A stretch of DNA of 16,406 nucleotides from Azolla caroliniana. Lineage: Eukaryota > Plantae > Polypodiophyta. The stretch lies in assembly GCA_043228905.1 (NCBI GenBank), contig JBHGNT010000750.1, positions 1-16,406 of the forward strand, read 5' to 3'. Numbering within the stretch: the first letter of the stretch is position 1; each line of letters starts with the position of its first letter. The notes beneath the pieces are model-generated. The model made no database searches and was not told where the DNA came from. It saw nothing but the letters and a program-made list of their open reading frames with translations. This document shows, in pieces, positions 10,731 to 16,406 of the stretch. Made by a program: the position numbers and the translations under genes.

Positions 10731-11506
10731 AGTTATTAGGTTGCCTAACTAGTTTCCCAGAAAAAATCTAAAGTCACCCAAATACCATAACCAGCTAGAC
10801 AGCCACAGATTTATCCTTTTCTATACTCCATATTGATAACGAGAATATGAGGCCATGGCTATATCAGCCACACATTTATCGTTTTCTATACTACATATTG
10901 CTTTCGAACAATATAAGGTCATGACTAGATCAGCCACAATAACTACATTAGTATGCAAGCTAAATACTTCCTCTGATTGAAAATGAATTCTAACAATATG
11001 TTATATAGTAAAACTTTCGCACAAAAAGTTTCTCTGACATCTTCACAAGATTAACCGACTTTATAAACATTTCTTTATACAATGAAGTAGTGGGTTGAAA
11101 TGCATATTATTCCATAGCATAGAATCTGATTGGTAGATAATTATATGATCATTGGCAGGACTTGAGCCTGGATCGCCTAGGTGAAAACCAAATATCATTC
11201 TCTTTACAAGAATCAGGAAGCAGAGATGGAAAAGAAAAGGAAATAAGAGCCAAGCATTTACTGTTGATTTAAATTAGTTCACAGAGAATATTTCCGTCAT
11301 TTCATATAAAATTTATACTAACATTTCCATTACTCCATATTAATTCACACTGGTTCACATTAGTTAGTATTGGGATTGATGAGCATACAAACAGTTTCGC
11401 TCGCTATTATCTCGGGATCTTCATGAGTGTAGTAGTACGGCTTTGAGTCCAAACAACCGAAAACCGCAGAGCACAGAAACTTAACTCCATCCAAACAATG
11501 CAACAT
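8095..11506 (-). CDS. CBL: Calcineurin B-like Ca2+ sensor, CBL2/3 (tonoplast) type, 223 aa, 8 coding exons
   Basis: Exons 11506-11389, 10427-10348, 10159-10100, 9583-9475, 9340-9288, 9191-9111, 8389-8277, 8152-8095 (118, 80, 60, 109, 53, 81, 113, 58 nt; total 672), all GT-AG and in frame. Protein [20 protein letters not shown]...[12 protein letters not shown]...EEFQLALFK...SLFADRVFNLFD...LSVFHPNA...[11 protein letters not shown]...[40 protein letters not shown], with four EF hands and the FPSF motif. Confidence 0.97.
8277..8389 (-). CDS. CBL: CBL coding exon 7
   Basis: CAG acceptor; [37 protein letters not shown](R); donor GTAAGA. Confidence 0.95.
9111..9191 (-). CDS. CBL: CBL coding exon 6
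   Basis: CAG acceptor; [27 protein letters not shown]; donor GTAAAT. Confidence 0.95.
9288..9340 (-). CDS. CBL: CBL coding exon 5
   Basis: TAG acceptor; (F)[17 protein letters not shown]; donor GTTAGT. Confidence 0.95.
9475..9583 (-). CDS. CBL: CBL coding exon 4
   Basis: CAG acceptor; [36 protein letters not shown]; donor GTATGT. Confidence 0.95.
10100..10159 (-). CDS. CBL: CBL coding exon 3
   Basis: CAG acceptor; [20 protein letters not shown]; donor GTGAGT. Confidence 0.95.
10348..10427 (-). CDS. CBL: CBL coding exon 2
   Basis: TAG acceptor; (F)[26 protein letters not shown]; donor GTTAGT. Confidence 0.95.
10699..10730. repeat. Imperfect (GA)n microsatellite in CBL intron 1
   Basis: Read directly. 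Confidence 0.9.
10794..10938. repeat. Diverged ~65-bp tandem repeat, about 2.2 copies, in CBL intron 1
   Basis: CAGCCACA at 10800, 10865 and 10931; ATTTATC.TTTTCTATACT.CATATTG occurs twice. Confidence 0.85.
11149..11196 (-). pseudogene. Degenerate tRNA-Glu(TTC)-derived fragment (tRNA pseudogene or SINE head)
   Basis: Minus strand GATATTTGGTTTTCACCTAGGCGATCCAGGCTCAAGTCCTGCCAATGA resembles the anticodon arm (loop TT-TTC-AC), variable region and B box/T arm of plant tRNA-Glu. The 5' half and A box are absent. Confidence 0.7.
11389..11506 (-). CDS. CBL: CBL coding exon 1
   Basis: ATG at 11506; [39 protein letters not shown](F); donor GTATGC. Confidence 0.93.
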
Positions 11507-11516
11507 TATTAGATAG

Positions 11517-11557
11517 TCAGATCTTCACCATTATCTCCCACGCCTTAACTGATCCAT
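11517..11557 (-). promoter_or_regulatory. Two overlapping uORFs in the CBL leader (11557-11531 MDQLRRGR*; 11531-11517 MVKI*)
   Basis: Both lie between a good acceptor TTTTCCAG (AG at 11563-11562) and the main ATG at 11506. Confidence 0.65.
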
Positions 11558-11561
11558 GACA

Positions 11562-12340
11562 CTGGAAAACCAGAACATTTGTACCATATAGTAACACACT
11601 TGTTTCAGCCTTACAAGTTTTTACCATATACAAATGAATCTTGAATCTAGAAATCATTAATTGAATTTTGTATCATATTATCACAACTTCAACCATGTGA
11701 ATGGGTTCTTTGGATCTAAAATACACCATATAAAATGGGTCTTGAATCTAGAAATAATTAACGGATAATGTACCATAAAGGCTCAAGTTTTAACATATAA
11801 AATGAAATCGTTTCAAAGAAAAAACAACCAGTTTGTTTGCAACCAAAAATAATGAGCCAAACGAGAATGTTTATTAACAACAGCATCAGGCTTAAATTTA
11901 ACGAAAATCATAGAAATTATCTGAATGATGAGCTAAACAATTAGATTAAAACATATTTTCGTAGTTATATAAAGCCGATAAATAAATAATGAAAAACTTA
12001 AGCATCGAAAAGAATTCAAAACACTCTGTGATTACATATATATACATACATACATAGATGTATGTATATATATACATATATAAGCTATATATTTATGCAG
12101 GTATGTAATGATCTCGAATTAAGAACTAAAAAATAGAGATCAAAACATATTGTGATAGTTGTAAGAAACATGAAAGTCAAATAATTAAGGACAAAAGGTA
12201 AACATGAAAGAAAATCAGAGGACTCTGTGATTATTATTATTATATGAAATCGGAATACAGCAGGTTTTAATAGGTGCACAAAACCCAAAAGGCAAGAGAA
12301 AAAAAAAACAAAGAAAACAAGAACCCAAAAAGGGAAGTAC
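11562..12340 (-). other. Probable 5'-UTR intron of CBL
   Basis: Clear acceptor at 11562. Candidate donor CCG|GTACTT at 12340 followed by a U-rich tract; an alternative donor AAG|GTATTT lies near 12434. The donor choice is inference. Confidence 0.5.
11624..11800. repeat. Diverged ~100-bp period repeat in the 5'-UTR intron
   Basis: ACCATATA(C)AAATG..TCTTGAATCTAGAAAT.ATTAA at ~11624 and ~11725. Confidence 0.7.
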
Positions 12341-12479
12341 CGGAAAATCAAAAGACTTAATACATGTTGTGTTAGTGATTTTGAATTGCCCTTAAGAAGC
12401 TTTGAGATATATCAGAATCGATGAGGATAAAATACCTTTTTTTGGAGAAGTGTTGAGGATTCGATGCAAAGCAACGATG

Positions 12480-12640
12480 GATCTATAGAGAAGAAAGAGG
12501 GAGGGGGGGGACACAAACAGAATATATAATCGAGTAGACAGAGAGACAGGCAGTATCCAGCTCTTCTTCTTCTTCTTCTTCAGATTTCTTTTGTGTAAAT
12601 TCCTGAGAAGTAATTTCCTATTAAACGCCACTACAAAAAT
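12480..12640 (-). promoter_or_regulatory. Probable CBL core promoter / TSS region
   Basis: On the minus strand, (GAA)6 at 12563-12580, then a TATA-like TTATATAT near 12521-12529, then a CT-rich Y-patch at ~12485-12510. Confidence 0.4.
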
Positions 12641-12757
12641 CGTGAGGTAAAACAGTATGGGTTAAAATATGTAAAATAAAGGCAGGAGGAAATAAGAATA
12701 GTAAAAACAAATACATATATATATATACATATGTACATATCTGAAAAATATCATTCT

Positions 12758-12784
12758 CTTCTTCTTCTTCTTCTTCTTCTTCTT
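12758..12784. repeat. (CTT)9 microsatellite
   Basis: Read directly. Confidence 0.95.
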
Positions 12785-12854
12785 CATTTTTTTTTAACCA
12801 AGCTTCATGGCTACATACTCTCTAGGCATTCTTTTCTTTGTAAGCGATTCGAGC

Positions 12855-12930
12855 GGTTTTCATCGGGTGGTTTTCGTCGACCGGTTTTCATCGGGTGGTT
12901 TTCAATTGACCGTTTTTTTTTTGTCGATCC
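12855..12930. repeat. 14-bp unit array arranged as a 28-bp higher-order repeat
   Basis: GGTTTTCATCGGGT / GGTTTTCGTCGACC / GGTTTTCATCGGGT / GGTTTTCAATTGACC plus a degenerate fifth unit. Confidence 0.9.
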
Positions 12931-13966
12931 AGGCCGTGCATGCAAGCAATATTTCCATGTCCATCCATAATCCCTCTTTTTTCTAGCTGCTAATTTGCTC
13001 TTTTGAAAGAACTCTGCGTGCTCCACAAGGCCAATTCCTTTCATCTATAACTTTGTCATCACAACATAAATGTGTGTAAGTTTACTACGATGATTCTCGT
13101 CGCTTTCCTCAAGCAAGTCCCTTGATTTTTAAGCATCGTGACACTCTTGATAAGGAAGGAATGTGTTTGGTTTTGCTCGTTCAGACATCGCAAGACTCTT
13201 GGTAGGAAAATCCGTTTGCTTCTATTGTCAAGAGTACTCGTCGATGAATGAAATTTGTGATCACCATTAGATAATCTTAGAGAATGTTACCGGTGATGAT
13301 GAATCCAATAAATTTGGGTGTAAACTATAGTATCGATGATCTATTGAACATGTTGTTTCCACATTTATGAGAGCGTCATTGTTATTGGTTAAATGCATGG
13401 GGTAGTTGTGAGATCATCTATGAAGATGTTGCATGTGGAAATGGAGATCGCATGCAAAATACTATTCGTTATCTGTTGAAAACATCTTCAACATGTGTGA
13501 CATAAAGAAATGATTATCTTTTCACTCTTTGTATTGTAGAGAATTCTACAATATTTTGGAAACCCATGTTACAGGAGCAAATATAGTCTACAACTAGGAA
13601 GACTTTTATAATGGACACCAAAATTTGAGGTTGAAGTGCACAAGATTTATCACCATATCATCATCATGTTAAAACACTTTATTGTGAACAGATAAGAACA
13701 ATGTGTGTAAGGTTGATGATTTACTATGTGATCTAGCACATAATGTATTAATCATTGCACTTTAGTAAAATGCTTATTAATTGCTTATCTATTAGCGTGC
13801 TTTAATAAGTACAAAACAATGGGGATGACATTGTTGTATGCTACATTTGAGAAAAGGAAGTTTCTTGTGTGGTAGGAAATAACATGTATCCTCATAATGC
13901 ATCTTTACATATACATTAGACATTAACATAGTGCCTACCTTTTGCTTCTTTATTGCATGGCGCAAT

Positions 13967-14051
13967 AACTATCTTCAATGCATCAGTCTCTAATGAGATA
14001 AAGGAGGAACTCAAGCAAAGGAGTAACAACTATCTTCGATGCATCAGTCCC
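13967..14051. repeat. 24-bp direct repeat, 61 bp apart
   Basis: AACTATCTTCAATGCATCAGTCTC vs AACTATCTTCGATGCATCAGTCCC. Confidence 0.8.
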
Positions 14052-14820
14052 CGTTTTATGAATTCAATCAATGTCTGTAACATTCACATGCACAAATTCC
14101 ATACCATACACATTGTCCACATGTACGAAAACACTTCATGTGAAAGTGGCTTCATTGCTTCTATCATATTTGTTATGGACTTGGAAGAAATAACTCTAGT
14201 ATGATAAAAATGTGTTATGTGTGATCCATATGAGTTTGATGTAACCCTTAAAAGAGATTGGAATAACTAAATTTAGTGCCTTTCCTTTACTCCATTGGAC
14301 CCAAAAGGAAAATATATAAACCCATTACTTGTTGTCATATCATCAAGGACTTGATTCAACATATTTATACAAATATTTACTTACGGCCTTGGGTGAGAAA
14401 AGCTTCAAATTACACGAGTTGATAGTATGTATGGCTACAATTGTTAAGCAAGTTGTGATCATTCAGTACACTGTATGAGCATATTATTTCACGATGAAAT
14501 ATTGATTTATATTTCATATATTGTATATGATTAAGTTGAAAATTGCGCTTGAGTTCATGGACACTTTTTTGTTAGATGTTGGATGCCATTTTGATGAGCT
14601 CGTTAGGTGAGCTACAATTACATAATTATCAACAAGCTAGATTGTGCAGGATGAATAATAAATTAGAAGATAATAACTCTCAATCACATAAGACTTTTTG
14701 GGATTTAGGTGAATATCATGTGGTCAAGCTTAAAGTAAATAGTGTCGTGAGGTAAAGCCAAAAACTATATTGAATTGGAAAGAGAGTAAGAAGAAAAAGA
14801 AAGTAAGGAGAAAGTAAGAC

Positions 14821-14898
14821 GAGGTATACTCTACCTCAAGTTCCTTGCAGGGAATCAAGTTCTTCTCGCGGAGTTACATTTGGCAGATTGTCTCCTCA
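14821..14898 (+). mobile_element. Left piece of L1-type remnant copy C, split off by the nested insertion
   Basis: EVYSTSSSLQGIKFFSRSYIWQIVSS aligns without gaps to NVFQCAGVRPGTNSEFFEEIWMMVAC of copy B and continues at 16062. Confidence 0.6.
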
Positions 14899-16061
14899 TA
14901 TAAAGGTGAACATATACAATTTGTTCAAAGCTTTAAATATCTTGGTATTGATGTACCCGCCACAAATAAATGGAGTGCATGCTTTGATTCTAGACTCCAA
15001 GTCGGTTGGAAATCATATTACCTTTTGGAGAACCAATGCAACCAAAGTGATACTTGTGGATGGGAAGTAAAACTAATGTTGTTCAATGCCATGGTAACTC
15101 AAGTATTGCTTTATGGAGTAGAAGTATGGGGTGGCACCATCTCTCTTAATGCATGGAACAAGATTGAGAAAATTCAAAAGATGTTTTTAAGGAGGCAATT
15201 AGGAGTTAAATGAACTACCTCTTACCAGGTTATGCTCTTGGAAACGGATGTTTGACCCATAGAACTATTGGCACTCCAAAGAGTATATAAATACATTACA
15301 AAAGTCAAGAATATGCCGAATCATCGATTGCCACATCTTGCTTGGAATGTTGGATGTAAGCTACAAAAGAATCATAAAAGTAAGATTCTCTCATCTGGTT
15401 GGGTTTTTGACATAAGGAAATGGTTTAGAAGATGGGGTGTGGATTATCTTTTAGAGCTTTCAGGCAATGTTATGCCGTATGTAATGATTGAGGAAAGGTT
15501 GGTGGAATCATTAAGGATGAAGTGGGAGGATGCTAAGAGGACAAAGCTAGAATACTACATTGCAAATGTCAACCCTGAATGGTGGTCTCAATATAAAGCA
15601 AGAATGTCTATTGATCGTATCTAGCCTTATCTCATTACCAATATGAGTAGTAATGCTCGTAGAGCCCTTACACTACTTCGCACTCGATCTCACAAGTTAG
15701 GTATTGAAGTTGCATCATGGTATCAAAATGTAACGAATTTGAAGACATGTAAAGTATGAAATGAAGGCATGGTAGAGGATGAATGTTACTTGCTCTTCAC
15801 ATGCTTGACATATAGTGCAATTCGTTCAAGATATGCTGACATACTAAGAGGGAGTGATAACTTAAGTGACATACTTAAGACACCACCTAGAAGGTTGAGC
15901 TCATATGTGTATGCTTTACTAACACATAGAGACTTTGTGCTTCAACGTATGAATACCCCTTCTTAGGAAGGAGACATATATCAAGAACACATGTATACTC
16001 TGGTCCCATAGGTCAAAATTGGCCTCTTTATGGACGATAAAAATTCTAATTCTAATTCTAA
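14899..16061 (+). mobile_element. 5'-truncated non-LTR retrotransposon (RTEX/RTE-like LINE): end of RT plus C-terminal Cys motif, pseudogenised
   Basis: One frame from 14899 to 15966 with four premature stops (15211, 15253, 15622, 15757). Motifs YKGEHIQFVQSFKYLG, LLYGVEVWG, IEKIQKMFLRRQLGV, MPNHRLP, LRTRSHKLGIE, CKV*..VEDECYLLFTC. Short 3' UTR ending in (AATTCT)3 at 16042-16059. The LINE call is firm; the clade is inferred. Confidence 0.92.
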
Positions 16062-16406
16062 TGGGTTCTTTGGAAAGTTAGGTGTTCCAAGTTATACAAT
16101 GATAAAAACATTCACGTTGTGGAACAGGTTAAGTCTTTTTGGGACTTATTGGTACATATGATTAAAGGTGATTATGATAGTTATAAGGGTTCTAGAAACA
16201 CAACTAATCAGAAAACTTAGAAGGATACTTCGACGCGTTTGGTCATCTATTCCTATTATGTTGGATGCAGGCGTTGATGTCATGTGGAACTACTTACCAC
16301 CTTGTTGGTTGTTCCCACCACTGGCACCGTTCTTAGTGCAAATATCATGACTTAAGATGGAGGAGGCGATTGTGGTATAGGAAGGGTCTTTTGATGTAAG
16401 ACGATT
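16062..16406 (+). mobile_element. Right piece of L1-type LINE 3' remnant (copy C)
   Basis: WVLWKVRCSKLY...FWDLLVHMIKGDYDSYKG, then a frameshift into RRVWSSIPIM...WNYLPPCWLFPP, stop at 16348-16350; collinear with copies A and B. Confidence 0.82.

Noticed and set aside
529-11506. GDSL, tRNA and CBL as a functional cluster or new system
   Set aside because: The two protein-coding genes are convergent, all three belong to unrelated common families, and TE debris separates them; nothing in the sequence links them.
12085-13044. ORFs with hydrophobic or poly-K/poly-L runs that look like signal peptides
   Set aside because: Explained by U-rich intron sequence and (CTT)n repeats in the CBL leader and promoter.
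12960-14210. Possible decayed transposase or gene, including ORF 13953-14204
   Set aside because: The frames I translated are stop-ridden and show no motif I can name; needs tBLASTx against TE libraries.
14845-15966. Three separate genes, or stops repaired by U-to-C editing or readthrough
   Set aside because: All three are one pseudogenised LINE frame. Reverse editing is organellar, and the stop at 15757 replaces Cys and is not U-to-C repairable.

Overview
AT-rich land-plant nuclear DNA, read by hand with no database searches. Three genes are well supported. (1) The last three exons of a GDSL/SGNH esterase-lipase on + (529-774, 1700-1952, 3146-3399), ending in an unusual C-terminal HTEL. (2) An intact tRNA-Ser(CGA) on - (6703-6783). 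(3) A complete 8-exon calcineurin B-like (CBL) Ca2+ sensor on - (11506-8095, 223 aa) of the tonoplast CBL2/3 type, which the ORF track misses; it has a one-residue-short EF1 loop, two overlapping uORFs and a decayed duplicate of its last exon. The rest is transposon debris and local duplications. Three divergent 3' remnants of an L1-type LINE share a Trp-rich C-terminal tail, and one is split by a nested RTEX/RTE-like LINE that keeps its 3' stem-loop and (AATTCT)n tail. There is also a tRNA-Glu-derived remnant, several ~60-100 bp tandem duplications and microsatellites. I see no evidence for a new multi-gene system; the notable signals are gene-level oddities and retroelement structure.
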